A stretch of 62,428 bases of DNA, counting the filler, from Choristocarpus tenellus KU-1152 (taxonomy: Eukaryota > Protista > Phaeophyceae): NCBI GenBank assembly GCA_964200185.2. It is 12 parts of 12 records of this genome, joined end to end, with 100 filler letters (N's around TTAATTAATTAA, not from the genome) between each part and the next. Parts side by side here need not be neighbours in the genome. Positions count along the whole stretch, not along the records: positions 1 to 13,381 come from CAXNAD020001508.1; 11 more parts are not named here. One strand, written 5' to 3'. Both the position numbers and the translations under genes were made by a program. Position 1 is the first letter of the stretch. Each line of letters opens with the position of its first letter. This document shows positions 1 to 13,059 of the stretch, piece by piece. Below the pieces are notes generated by a model, which saw only the letters and a program-made list of their open reading frames with translations, searched no databases and was not told the DNA's origin.

Positions 1-149
1 TGGTGATAGGGGGGGTATCACTTGCTCCAGTGGCATCAGCGAGTCACAAGAAGAGTTTGCCCTAGAAGTCATATCCGAGCTAGCCCTGGAATCTAATCCA
101 GTGTCTATGGGGCCGAGACCAGTGACCGCACCAGAGCTTAGGTGCGTTT

Positions 150-678
150 TGTTGGCATCAGTGGCGCATGAAGCATTGATGACTGGTTCAGTTGGGGCTG
201 GTGCTGTACAATACCTGTGTTTGGCCTTGTGGATAACCTCCAGAGTTTCATACTGGCATTTTGTTTTGGAAGAGGGGTGTCGCAGCGAAACATTCCTCGC
301 TCTAGTGAAATATTATCTTTGTTTTTAGTCTTATTTTGTTTTACTATGTCTTTGTGCATGTACTGCAACTATTTTCTATTGTTGATTGTTATTTTCCATC
401 TTGTCATGACTCTAATGTAGCTCGAGAGTAGGGTTAACAACTACAGTGTAGCAATGCTCGCGTTGGTTCTCATTGCATTGAACACAAGGTACAAGATATA
501 GCAAGTGGGAATTGCGGTTTTGGTTATGTGTTTGTGTGAAGCTATGTATGTATGTGAAGCCTGTAAATGTCAATCAATCAGTGTGCTGAAAGTGGAGGTT
601 CTCTTCTCGGATATTGCAGCACTTGCACTTTGCAATGTTGTACCTCATGAAAGTCCTCATGTGTACCCGATCGCAATA
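150..678 (+). mobile_element. Possible 3' end of an LTR retrotransposon (degenerate chromodomain-like segment, polypurine tract, LTR start)
   Basis: Frameshifted AVQYL-VWPCG*PPE near 200-245 resembles the chromodomain start QYLVxW. The purine tract GGAAGAGGGG is followed directly by TGTCGC at 278. The right LTR end (about 678) is only a guess. Confidence 0.3.
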
Positions 679-1573
679 TCTGTCTCATACCCTGTCTCAT
701 ACTCTGCCCTTCCCTTTTCCTGTTTACACGTCATCTGCAAACACCCCTTTGTCCCCCAAAAGTTTCTCGCATTCTTCCCTATCAGATGGTCAGCTGCGAG
801 GAACCTTCAGTGATGGAGAAGACTTAAATCTCACTCCAAGGGGTACTAACGTAATTGAAGATGGGGAAGTGTTGAACACACAAACAAACCACCATAACCC
901 CCTTCCACATCCATCTTCCGGATGCTTTGATTTCCGCAGCATTGACCCTCGTGCTAGAATCCCAATGCTGATGTCGGCACACCCCCGTCTGAGTGCAAAC
1001 CTGCCAAAGCCTAGCCCTATCCCTCTTCGGACATGGAGGCAGGAGGGGCCAGAGCAGCTCGATTTGAAGGCAAGTGGATGGGGACTGCCGCAAGAATGTG
1101 GTAGTTCAAAAGAATCCAGATCACCGGATAGCTTTTTTGGAACGCCAAACCCGAACAGCTTGCAAGACTCTGCAGATAGCAGCTCCGGAGTGAGTTGGGA
1201 GCCTGGTCTAGTTCAGAGTACGAGGAGGAGGGCTGGGCAATCTTTGTTTTCGATTATGGACAAGGGGGACGTAGCAAGGGGTAACACAGGTGTATCTCAT
1301 TCATCCTCAACCTCACACGATGATGACAGCACACTCACCAGTAGTGCAGGGGGGGGGAGAGGGGGGTTAGAAAAGGATGATCTGGCACCATTGATCAACT
1401 GCTACAACAATGATTTAGAAAGTTGTAGTCTCCTGGACATGGAGGTGGAATCCAAGGCATGGGGGGGCGCAGTAAATCCTTCGCGTCCTTTGTCCCTCTT
1501 GAGAAGACCCTTGCCTGCAAATGCTGAGGGTAAGAGTGGGAAAGATGAACATCAACAGAGCGGACTTGCCTGA
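614..1573 (+). CDS. Ser/Pro/Gly-rich open reading frame of unknown function (exon fragment or TE-derived)
   Basis: 319 codons without a stop, low-complexity and probably disordered. No recognisable domain, and the track start is not ATG. Confidence 0.25.
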   Translation: MQHLHFAMLYLMKVLMCTRSQYLSHTLSHTLPFPFPVYTSSANTPLSPKSFSHSSLSDGQLRGTFSDGEDLNLTPRGTNVIEDGEVLNTQTNHHNPLPHPSSGCFDFRSIDPRARIPMLMSAHPRLSANLPKPSPIPLRTWRQEGPEQLDLKASGWGLPQECGSSKESRSPDSFFGTPNPNSLQDSADSSSGVSWEPGLVQSTRRRAGQSLFSIMDKGDVARGNTGVSHSSSTSHDDDSTLTSSAGGGRGGLEKDDLAPLINCYNNDLESCSLLDMEVESKAWGGAVNPSRPLSLLRRPLPANAEGKSGKDEHQQSGLA

Positions 1574-1762
1574 TGAAGCACTCCATGCAGAGTATTTGAA
1601 TTTTTTGTCTGAGGGCAGGTGGATTTCCTTTCGGTAAAAGTATTGGATGCACGGTATATTTTCTGGGTGAGGGTGCAGCAATGGCAAATGCAATTATAAT
1701 GAGCAAGGTGAACCATTGACACTTCTTCTGTTTAGACTTCACTGGATGTAGTCGTGAGATCT

Positions 1763-2019
1763 GAGTGAAAGTATCCTAGAGGGTACGAGTTTTGCCCTAT
1801 TTATCCATTTGGGCCTTGGCTTCCCACGGTTTTTTATTACATTTTCCTACCCCAAAATGTTTCGGAGTAGGTAGAATGTGTATGTTATGAAAAGGTGTGC
1901 CTGGAACAAGGATATTGACACTTCCTAACAAACACGATAGCCAAAATTAAATCAAAATCGCAACATTGGATTTTGGCCCCCGAATAGACGCAGCTCTACC
2001 CTCTAAGATACTTTGGTAC
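1763..2019 (+). mobile_element. MITE family A copy (about 257 bp)
   Basis: Begins GAGTGAAAGTATCCTAGAGGGTA and ends TACCCTCTAAGATACTTTGGTAC. The interior aligns with the other A copies. Flanks ATCT/ACCT give a 4-bp TSD with one mismatch. Confidence 0.9.
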
Positions 2020-2026
2020 ACCTCGC

Positions 2027-4300
2027 TTAAGAGATGGTATAGTGCCTTACTTCGCCACCTAAGTTCTGAATTATGGAGGCTGACAGCAACCATATGAAGA
2101 TTCTGGACATGCTGGAGCTAATTTTGAGGAAGCCAAGCTGGAGTGAGTGGAGAGATCTCTGAGGAGGACTTGAGTAGCGAAGAGGTGGGGCAAATCCATG
2201 CTGACACACTACCCAAGTTGAGGTAGGCAAACCACTTACTGAGTAGAGGTTTCTGCACCAATGTTTCCAGGAGGCAATTATTCTGAGGCTCTCACACCTC
2301 AACCTCGCTTATGAGGTACCTGTGTTTGTGGCATTGTACTTTTTCATGTGTATTGCACATTTGTCGTCCAGGCTGGGAGGCCCACCAAAGATCCAGAGTT
2401 CAAGCCCAGGCAGATGACATCACAATTTTGGTCAACTACATCAAATACACTGCCCACAGCACGATGCCAACATCAGTTACCTGGCACCACCGCTTTGCTT
2501 CCCCCTCCTTCGGCTCCTTCCACTTCTCAGTCCGCTGACTCAAGAGCCAGAACACAGGGGTTACTTATGGGAGGCCAATGATGTCTTCTCAGCAATATTT
2601 AAGGTTGCAAATGCACTCAAAACCCGTAGACTGTAGAAACCCTTCTTTTCCCATGCCCAGTTTTATTTCCCCTCATCTGCACCCTTCAGAAAAATTATTT
2701 CCTCTTCTACGACTCCCATTTCATCTGGGTTCCTGCTAGCCTTACCCAGAGGCTGTTTCCAACACCAATTAATCTCGTTGACCCCCCACTATATGGGGTG
2801 CCACAAAGAGGAGTGGCGTCACCTGCAGCAGAAGGTATTTGACTGTGTAGTAGAGAAAGGATGGCATCCGCACTCACCTTGGATCAGGTGACCAACTACT
2901 TGCGAAAAGGTATGAGTAGGAGGAAGAACATGGTCTGACACACCAACCTTTTTGATCCCTGCTCCAGACAAATGCCAGCAGTGACAGGGGCAATTCTTGT
3001 GAAGAAGAACCTTTCGACATTTTTTCCCCCAGCAATTCGGGCCCTTTTAGGTACTGGAGGTGTGCAAACCACCCTCAATGTTAACCACTGTAAGATAATA
3101 CAGTCGCAATTTTCTCCGTCTTTTTGTCTCTCGTCTAATTATCTTTTAATGTCCACATCTCAAAGCGGAACTCCAGCTCTGCTTGATACCAGAGTCACTA
3201 TCAGTGGCACCAACACACCTCTCTTCCCTCCCATAATTCACAAAACTAAGGACACTACACTCTGATAGACCTTGCACGCAACCCAACACACACATACACG
3301 TGGCTACACCCAGCAGCATTATCTTAGCTTGTAGCATCCTCCCCAAGGAGGGGGGATGAAATTTCTGTTCGTAAAAAAGGAAATTCGGTGAAAGGTTTAG
3401 AGCAAGTGAACCTGAACACATGTATCTTCCAGCATTCCTCTGACAATGCAAGACTGCACCCACACAGGCTCAGACACATGTGTACGGGGTCGACCCATGA
3501 ACACAGATTATGCTGCTGACGCCAAAACGTACAATAATCAACCAATTTCATAGTTTCAGTGTCATGAGAGTCAAAGTATCTTTTAGAGGGTAGAGCTGTG
3601 ACCGTTTGGGGGCAAAAATACAATGTTCCGATTTAATGTGATTTTCGTTATCGTGCTTATTAGGAAGTGTCAATATCCTTGTTCCGGACACATCTTTCAA
3701 TAACAAACACTTTTTACTTCGAAACATTTCGGAGGAGGTAAAATGTCATTAAAAACCCGTGGGAAGACAAGTCCCAAACAGAGAAACAGGGCAAAAGTCG
3801 TACCCTCTAAAATATTTTTACTCTTGGGCCAAGTAGACATTGAGCCAGGAAGAATGGAAAGGTTTTCTCTCTTTCCCTTACAACCAAATAAATGTTATGG
3901 AGCAATAACCCCCCCCTTTACTTGGCCACAAGAATCTCTCCAAGTATCATCCATACACACCCCACGTCCAGTGCAGATACAGGCAAGTACTCAGAGGCTG
4001 CCTTACCCAAGCAAAGCTTTTTCTCCACCTCTAATAAAACCTATCTGAAAAATTTCAAGACTAGATCATCCCTGACGGACATGGGCTCACAAGAGAGGTA
4101 CGACATTTTTCTCGGGACTCACAGCAAGGCACCTTTTTGCGACATTGACGGAGACCATCCCATAATGGACATCCAACAGCATTCAGTCACCCTGTCAGTT
4201 ACTGATGTGGGGCCAGGAACTCCTGCCTGTTACACTAGCCTAGTGATGGATTCTCTCTAGAACTATACGTAGAGGGAATTCCTTGGCCTGCATGCTAAGG
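2027..4300 (-). mobile_element. Highly degenerate Ty3/gypsy-like pol relic
   Basis: Minus-strand fragments run in RT, RNase H, integrase order: DLV..FFQI near 4050, VLSFVNY (cf. VLAFPD), KRLVC..F...IPF (cf. RNase H), and IFIW...GEVRHY (cf. integrase zinc domain). Many stops and frameshifts; interrupted by a MITE at 3568. Confidence 0.4.
3568..3823 (-). mobile_element. MITE family A copy, reverse orientation
   Basis: GAGTCAAAGTATCTTTTAGAGGGTAG ... TACCCTCTAAAATATTTTTACTC. The interior is the reverse complement of 1763-2019. No clear TSD. Confidence 0.9.
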
Positions 4301-4496
4301 TGCTCTATTGCTACACAAAACCATCCAACAGGCATGCACACATGTAACTACCCACTTACGCTTATATGGAAAGGGCAGGGAATCCACCTTAATTCTTCCA
4401 GGGCATGGGTTTCATTACACTCGTCTCAAATTCACCCGCCCAAGCTCTTTCAGCCAAGAGTTGTGTAGAGCACCGCTTAACCTGCTTCCTGCCTGT

Positions 4497-4671
4497 GCCC
4501 CAAAGTATCTGGGGAGGGGGGGGTCTACACCAGGGTGTCAATTTGGGTCATAATCAGGAAAAGTGCACTTACACTTAACCATCAGACGCATGCAACCAAA
4601 TCACCCAAATCGCGACATCAAAATGTTGGCCCCAAATGGACAGTCGCCACCCCCCCCAGATACTTTGAGCC
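4497..4671 (+). mobile_element. MITE family B copy (about 175 bp)
   Basis: TIRs GCCCCAAAGTATCTGGGG ... CCCCAGATACTTTGAGCC. Flanks share TGT (CTGT with a 1-nt offset). Confidence 0.85.
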
Positions 4672-6603
4672 TGTTGAGGACAACATTTTGTCCCACGCAC
4701 GTCTGCCCACTGCATCATGTATTCCATAGAGATTGATTCTGGGAGGAGAATGAGTTGATTCTGGTAGGAGAATGAGTTTCTTCCTCCATTCAAGAATCGT
4801 GTGTTTTGGACATAAGTGTGTACTGGTAGAGCTGAAGAGTAAGCAATGGATGTGTTCATGAGTCGAGGTAATCAATGTAGTATTGAGCCGAAGGAGTGGC
4901 ATGGTTCGATGTAGGAGCCTTCCTGCTTTCCGGATTTGCATTTTGAGGCTTTCATTTTTTCTTTTGCAATTCACCCACATTTCCACGGATATAGTACCAA
5001 GTTTGACTTGAAAACGTCGACTTCTCTGTTGTTTAAACTTGTCTGCAGGCTTCAGAGAAGTTCCACGATGCATTTGAAAATAAATTCCAATTTTGGACAT
5101 GTTTGTCGGCATCCTTACAATGCAACTCTGTATACCTCTCTTTACTTTGGCTCAACAGTAACAACAAGCAACACTCCCTCTACTAAATTAGCATGCTCAC
5201 CCACGTGCCACCAAAGTCCCAACTCCACGTTCATGCAGCTGCAGTGGCAATTTGAGGTATGTCAAATGGAGAAAAAAGCATATTGGACTCAGAAGGTCCA
5301 CTAAGGGGAAGCAGGAGGGGCGTGAAGGTGTTCTTCTGTAGTGTGGGGGTTGTCCAAATCTGAGAACGAGAAATGAACCATGAGTACAAGAGAAGAAGAG
5401 CACCAACAACAATAGACATTCATGATCATCAAGGTACTGTCTCTGCCACGATGCCCAAGAACAGTGGTTTCTTCAACAAACCCGGAAGCAGCAATTGTAC
5501 TTCAAAAATTGACCGCGAATGGGAGGTGGACAACTACAATAATAAGAGGAGACAAGAAGAGGAAAAAAAATTAGAACAGCAAAATAGAATCGATAGTGAC
5601 AGTTATACAAAAGGACATTCGGTGGACTAATAACGAGAACAGGTGGAGAACAACAGGAGGGGTAGGTGCCCACAAACAAAACACGGACGTAAAAGGAATA
5701 TATGAGGAACATAGGGAAATAAAACAAAGGTTTGCAAGATGCCACCACAAGTAACTATATCCATTACATATTCATCGGTTGCAGTCTTTGTCGATGTAGT
5801 AATAGTAGTAGTGCTAGCAGAAGTGGCTCAACTAGTAGGAGGTGCGGCAGAGGTTGCTACTACATAAATGCCATGTTCTTGGCTGTGTGGAGTATCTTCA
5901 TACACAGCATGGAGATGTTTCTCATTGCACTCGGGTATCTGCTCTCTGTTACATCAACAATGGAAAAAAACAAGAATCCGAAAACAGAGTCCATGCGTGA
6001 TATTCTCTTGAAGCTTTCCCGTCTACGGAACGAAACAGGACAGAGACAATGAATCGCAGGGGCGTTGAGGTTACTTGCAGTCAATACATAAGCACAAGAG
6101 AGCATGAAAGACATGAATGGCACTTTCGAATGGTAGGAACTAGACAAAGGTGTTCTGGATATGTTAAGAGAGTGCGAAATTTTCAATTGAACAAAAGATC
6201 ATACCAGCTGTCCCACACACAAAAAAATGGCGTGCATACCTACGCATGGAACTGGAGCTCTCTCTGCGCCATCTCTACCCTTTGAAAAATGCTCATATCG
6301 TTGCATTCTTGAAAGCAGCAATGAACATCTTACAGAAAGAAAAGTTGAGCTTTAGTGCATTCACTGCTAAGAGTGGAGAGCATGGCTTCGGGCTACTAGC
6401 CTTCAGACACTGTCCTCCAGGAAACCTGTCCAATCAAGATGTTCCCATCCATTTAAGCAGACAACGACTGTAATAATATTGTTTTGTACTCCCAGAGGCT
6501 ACTACCCAGGAAGGTGTTATTATGGACAAAAAATAATTTTGAACAACAAAAATGTTTTTCTATTTAGCAAAGATTATTTCTAGCTTTTTCTAACAATGCA
6601 AAA

Positions 6604-6636
6604 GCTCCATCCTCAATTTTTGAAATCGGCTGTTAA
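6604..6636. repeat. Repeat family C terminus (probable TIR of a DNA transposon)
   Basis: GCTCCATCCTCAATTTTTGAAATCGGCTGTTAA recurs in either orientation at 32462-32494, 37240-37270 and 37514-37545. Confidence 0.6.
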
Positions 6637-7173
6637 ATGATGTTCAACTATACGACAAAGCCGTTTTCATGTTTGAACACCAAAAACTTCACGTAGCGCA
6701 GCTCACTGCATAACCAAGACAACAGAGTGAACTTCTTTCTCTGTCTTAAAATATCTACTGGTCGTGCAAACCCATAACATGGAAAAAAATACCATGCCAT
6801 AATTTAACAGGGTTCTTTCAACAAACGATGACATGCAATATGCCATCTTCATTTTCCATTATAGAACGGCAAACTTAAAAAATAGGAATTGTCACCCTAG
6901 GTTTCACTCAGTAACTGATTTCAAAAGAGCCAATGTTAACACGCACTAATTTCTTCTCCCTCGAAAAAAAAAGAATGGAACAAGCTCAACATGAACCTTT
7001 GTTACCAAAGAGGAAAAGGAAATAGAACTACAACAAAATGTAGATGGTGTATAGATACTTGTGGTGTGGTCTACACTCTCTATTTTGTCAGCCTGTGTAT
7101 AATATTGAGAAAATATCATGTATTTTGACTATCCTTGAGTACGTCCAATCGTGGAGCTCATCTTTACCAATAT

Positions 7174-10100
7174 TTATCGATTAGTGCTGAACGTGAAGCT
7201 GCTTGAACTCTGTGCCCGATAGTCCTCTTCTCCTCCACGGATTGCCCCCATTCCCTCTAAGATAGGATATCCATCCTCGCCTGTATTGGGGACAGTAGTC
7301 TCCCCCAAGATGCCCTGGGGTTGGTGCCCAAAGTCAACTTCAACCAATCCTACGTTCATCTGGTACGTTAGATGGTTTGGTAGGCCAAAGAGTCCGGAAG
7401 GATCTGGCATTGCTATCTGGTGGAGCTTGCCGTGATTTAGGCGCATCATCAATGTAGGGCTAACAATCTGGAAGGATGTGTGTTCAGACTCGTGGCGAAA
7501 CAGGGTATCGGCATTCACAGCATTCGTAACATATGACTGGCACTCAAAAGGGTTTGTCTTGGCAAAGTCGCTGAGAATCTAGTCATCCATTTCCATGACA
7601 GTCCGCAGTCGTCAACCTGATGCTTGACTCTGGTTGGAAAGCTCTGCCTCATGCACCTTCTTCTGCCAGTACTTTTCAAATCCAAACGGTCGACACTCAC
7701 CAGGAAGATTGCCGCAGCAACTTGCACACCGTTCCCAAGGTGGTACCGGTCAGGGGCAGTCACTTCCATCCCATTCAGGCGAACAATGAGGGTGCCATCA
7801 GCGAGACATGGCTCACCAGCAAGAGAGCATGAGGGCTCCATGTTGCTAACATTTTTGACCAGTATTTCGATTGTGTTGATCTCACCCTCAAGGTCAGCGA
7901 CAGTGATTCCCAATCCTGTTATATAGGTGATGATTGGGAGCTCAGGAACAGGAGCAGTCATCCTCATGTTGATTGTCCCAGGTCCGTCGGTAACCAGGTT
8001 GTACCAACCACCGCTCTCTCCGGTGAACTGGAAGTGCTGACCCGAAAATCCGGTCAGATGGGGATCGCCTGTCGCTCCTGTGTGGATTTGAATCGTCACT
8101 AATGAGGGGCCGTCAGGTGATGCTATAGCATATTATGTTGTGTATGAACATCACGTTTGATGAGGTCTGCCCTACTCTAGACGCAAAAGAGGTGAGAGGA
8201 GAGTAGGTCAGATTGACTAGAAGAGGCGAGTACAAATTAAAATGGAACGCTGAGGTTGGGATCCAACCTCACTAGGCCCGTTCCCAATGTCGCCAATCTC
8301 AAATAATTATTTACCGGAAGGTGGGAGAATACGTATGTATTCCACCCCTATCATCTAGATAATCCCATTATCTCACCCTTTCTGACGTAGACAAGTCTGA
8401 TCTTTTGAAAGGGCTACATTTACCAAGTGTAAGGCATCAATAGTGTGTATGCAAGGCGTCTGTCTCTCTCAAGCTACCTTCTATTACCCCGCATTTTGGC
8501 GCCTCAATAAGTGATTTTGAAGATCCCCAGTTGGTCGAGATAGTATATTCAAAGGTCGCCTATGACATGCAATATATGGCATCTACCTAGGGACGTTGCT
8601 GAAAAGGTCGACAGTTATTTAGAAGTTGAATAATCATGGGCTTTCATCAACCTCTCCGTGAAGTAAATCATAAAAAAACATGAGTTAGTCCTGCGTTTAG
8701 GAACTGCGCATCTACCATTGAAGAAGCAACAGCACTTAGGGTCCAGTATACATTTCTTTCTAACTTTCTTTTGAAGAAATCAAATATAAGGTGTAGGCAA
8801 TAGTAGCATCGGCACTCGGATTCGACTACACTTGTTTTTCATTGCAAATCAGTGTCATCCAAAGTCCTCATGTTCGATTTTTTTTCTCAGATAAGCAGAC
8901 AAACAATACACTTGATGAGATTTATAGCAATTAAAATTGCTGCTCATGATGAACTTCACTTGTGGAGACAAGGACCCTGGTGAGAATATGGTACTTGAAA
9001 ATAATGTACTGGGACTGTAGAAGAACATGCACTTCTAAGTATTATTGTATCATGTCATTCGAAGCAGTCCTCTGGTGGGTCTTTCGTGCTAATATAACGC
9101 TACTGTAGAACACACTTTAGGGGGCTTCGTTACAACAAATAACTTGCTCGCATACAAGTTCAAGCTTACAATATCATCTGCATCAATATGTACGCATGAA
9201 TGGGTGGGGTACATTGTCAATCGAAATGTTTTCCAAGCACTGGTAGTTTAGTGACACCCAAGGGAACAAATGTCTTACCTGCAACAAATCCATCAACAGC
9301 ACAGGAAATAAAGAAATCTCAGTATTTACACGCAACATAAATATAGAGGTTCACACCAAGCGTAACAATATTCTGTTTACAACGTTTTGACAGGTTTACA
9401 CCATATATGCTATTGAGCGTTCTTGCACCACTGGAGACTCCTTGTGACTTACCCTGCTCGCATACGCCCCCACTGCAGACACCTTCACAGCAGTTTGCCA
9501 GGTCATATTTTTCTCCCAGAATTGGACAGGACTTGAAGATCGCAATTGTGACCTACAAAGGAGTTTCAATTTTACACCAAGAATGAGAGTTGCTTCACAG
9601 ACTGACTAACTTCGATCCAGGTTATTTTTCACTGGAAAAAAAAAACGCATCTACTCTCACCATTGCATCACGACTCCTTCGCGCATTGTTTGCTGTTGCT
9701 GTTCCAAGTACTCTGCCTTCATAACTGACATCAGGATTGGAAAAGTAGTCTATCACCCGCCCGAACCCACAATTTTCTTGGTAGGCCATGATTGTCCGGA
9801 TACTTCACAATCGGGTCAGAGATGGGTTTTTTAAGTGGATTCATGGTTATTTTCTTCCATGAAACTCGTGTCATAGTATTTTTCGATAGTCGAACATAAA
9901 AGTAAAACACAACATTACATCTAACTGCCTCTGGGAGGATAGCAATTCACACATTTTGTTGCACATCATCTCAGCATGGAGCAACCTCCTCATACCTGAA
10001 GCACTCTGCATTTCAGTCCTCATGCTACATTTGCACGTTATGGACCAATTCCCCTCTAAGAATTAAAATATAGTCACACCATATCGACATGAAGATCCCT

Positions 10101-13059
10101 TACGTCCATGCCTATAATAACATCACTTCAATCCCTGGGTACTAATCTTGGGTAATATAAGGGGTAATCCTTCATCGTCATTTCAAGAAACACAAACGAG
10201 GCGTGTGTGGAGATGCGGAAGTGTTGCAGCAGCATTTGAAAATATGTGTAGCATACAACTGCTGTTCTCTCTATTGTCTAGTTCACACTCAATAACTTAT
10301 CAACAAGTACTTCGAAGTACCTGATATAATGGAGACTCTGTTCGTAGATAGTGCTGCTGATACACATAGACACCACCGGTGGATTAGATAATTGGATGGA
10401 GAGCCAGTGACAGATATATTATATGTACTGACTCATAGCGTTGATTGATTTTTGTATCACGTTCAAAAACACTTTCTATACTTAAGACAAGTGAATAAGT
10501 GATTCATAGTAAATTAGTGTGGACGATTACAAACCCCACTCTATAGAAATAATAACGGTAGTCGAGACTATAGTCTTACCCACATAGTCAGGCAGTGGAA
10601 TTGAGACCATAAGCCCTGTTGTAATATTAATTTTGCTCGTCTACATTAAGCTGTTCATTGTCCTTCGTCAAAAGCACAAAAGCCCGCGGGTACAACGTGG
10701 AATATTTCAACAGAATCTGCTTGTCGCTACTCTAACAACTGCAAGATACAGCTAACTCACTTATTTGTACCGTCGAAGTACCATTACCCATAAGCGTAAT
10801 CTAAACCTGGACTCGCGTTTTCAATGTTGTGATGACACCCCAAGTTGTGTCCAATCTCATGGGTGTGGGTGTGGTAGTCCATACAGTCCTCATCGGTCAC
10901 TGAAAAACCGCAATCTACTCTCCAAGATGCCAGTGGATTTAGAAAGTACCTGTGGCAAAAAATCACACAGTGTAACACGCAATTCTTGTCAGAAAAGCTC
11001 AATATTCTAATATATAATTTGTAGGTCTGCCCATTTTACTATGCTCATCTTTTCCCGGTGGTAACATAGTGAGAAATTTCTTTGGGGCCAGGTATTTGCA
11101 GAGACTGGTGCATGATCTGGTGGATATCAAGCCATTGTATGAAAGCATTACATACAGTCCTTGAAATCATGCTGAGCCTGGATAGTATGAAGTATGTAAC
11201 CAATTGACAAAAAAATACATCAACTCCATAAAGTCGCGGAGTTGGGAGAAATTCGGCCAACATTCCAAAATGGACAAATTGCTTCAACTCCGTGACTTTA
11301 CGGAGTTGGAGGAAATTAGTCCAACATTCCAAATGCACAAATTGCTTCAACTCCACGAAGAAACCACTTGTCTCTACATGTTGGCTCTTGTGTTTTTAAA
11401 ACCCAAGATATATTTTTTAATATAATATTCTACAATATTTCTCCACAAAGGCAGGAAGGTCTGTCAGAAGATCTGTGTGAGTACGTGTGTATACTTTTCT
11501 ACTCACCCCAAACCGCAGCAATTGCACAAGGTCAGCACTATATTGATCACGCAAGCTGTGGGCGTTCCCTATACCTCCAGCCTGCAAATCAGACAGTGCT
11601 TGCCCCATATTTGGAGGTGTTTCTGTGTAGCTTAACTTTGTAAGCAATTGTTTTCGTCAAGAAATGGGTCAAGTGATGAGTCAGAAACAGGTCAAAGTGG
11701 TGGATGAAACAATTCTACCAAATGGTTGTGCAACATACTATTCTCCCACGAGATGTGTGCTATCGTACTTTAGCAGCAAATTCTCTTTAAGCATTCGCTT
11801 ATCCAGAACAGGGATTACAGTAGATGATGTCTTCAGTTTACCAACATTTTATCTGGTTTGCAGCAGCATTTGGCATTGTTTTCAACTCTAGCGTATGAAA
11901 CTAAATACCTACGGGAAACATAGTTTCCTTGGTCACTATACCGTTAACCCTGGGGTAGAGATGAGATGTTGTATACAGAAAACAGAGCAGCCTGCAACAA
12001 CAGCATACGCGAACTATTTTTCAAACTGATTCCATCTTTTTCTAACGATTTAAGTAAATTTGTACTGTAAGAAATACGATGTAACAGGTATCTTTCGCTG
12101 GGGTATACTTATTGACTAGAGTTATCCCCTGGCAGTACAGGGCAAGCTCAGATAAATGCAAATTACATGATCCAAAGTGCAATGCGTAGGATTGAATTAA
12201 TCATTTATTCATGACGGGGTGATGTATTTGAAATAAAGGTTTCATATATACATAAAGACTGTGTTCAGTGCAAGGAGATGATTAAATCTTCATAACCAAG
12301 ATATTTACTTCAACGTCATCCATGGACATTACACTCCTTTTACTTCGTCTTGGAAGACAAACTATTCCCAAGACGTTCTCAAGATTTGAGTCGCTCAATC
12401 CCTAACAACTTCAAGTTTGAACGTCTTACCTTGGTCATGTGCACAATATTAGACGAGATCAACTTTGGAGTTTTGGAGCGCTAAGTTGGACCTTTCAAAT
12501 AATGTGAAGACTTCAGATTCGAGCTATTCTGCTGAAGAAACAGTAGATACGGCATAGTCTGAGTAGAGAAGGAGAGGACATCAATCTGTACACAGAAACA
12601 CGATGGAAGAGGGGTATACAAGGGTTAGATGTCACATTTTGTTGATTTCTGAGCAAGAGAAAAAAGGTTGGTCTAGCCTTTTCTTCACTTCCTGAAAAAG
12701 GGGAATGTATTTATCCATAAAAGCGAAGATTTTTTTGAGGGAATTATATATTGATAGGAGATAGAACATTTGATTGCATGATGCTATGAGAAATAGGTCA
12801 CAATATATGTAGGGATTTGGGAAACAAATTTTAGACCGAAATTTGAGCTCTCAGCAAGTGAAAATGCGTTCACAACACCAGATACACAATGGTTACTGAA
12901 GTGAAGTGTGATGAAGTAGATTGAAACACAAGCCTGAGTGCCGCCCACTAGTCTTCGGTCGCTGGGCATCACCAAATTATTCCTCGAATGATTCCTCAGA
13001 CCTTCATTGTGAAACACCGTCTTGTCTTCATCACTTGCAGACATGTAGTTCTGAATCAT
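7174..13059 (-). pseudogene. Reprolysin-like (M12B/metzincin) metallopeptidase with a Cys-rich module and a C-terminal GDPH (VWD/root-cap-like) domain, pseudogenised
   Basis: Exons: about 12934-13059 (..DRRLVGGTQ), 12430-12585 (IDVL..YS..SNLALQNSKVDL), 11507-11635 (LRDQYSADLVQL), 10761-10949 (HEIGHNLGCHH zinc motif), 9661-9802 (Met-turn RTIMAY, YFSNP), 9453-9552 (C..CCEGVCSGGVC) and 7174-8122 (TGDPHLTGFSGQHFQFTGESGGWY). There is an in-frame TAA at 10784-10786, a TAG in the 12.5-kb exon, and several frameshifts. Confidence 0.8.
11221..11355. repeat. About 64-bp direct repeat (2+ units), each with a 24-bp hairpin
   Basis: CAACTCCA-TAAAGTCG-CGGAGTTG at 11221, CAACTCCG-TGACTTTA-CGGAGTTG at 11285, and a half-site at 11348. 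The linkers (..CCAACATTCCAAA..ACAAATTGCTT) are closely similar. Confidence 0.85.

Noticed and set aside
5732-6473. Cysteine-protease (USP-like) remnant suggested by CYYINAMFLAVW
   Set aside because: One weak motif with no His box and fragmented frames.
8240-8300. tRNA or tRNA-derived SINE suggested by the hairpin TGAGGTTGG-GAT-CCAACCTCA
   Set aside because: No cloverleaf or A-box, and only one copy in the window.
11221-11355. CRISPR-like array
   Set aside because: Only two full units, the intervening sequences are near-identical rather than unique, there are no cas genes, and the context is a eukaryotic intron.
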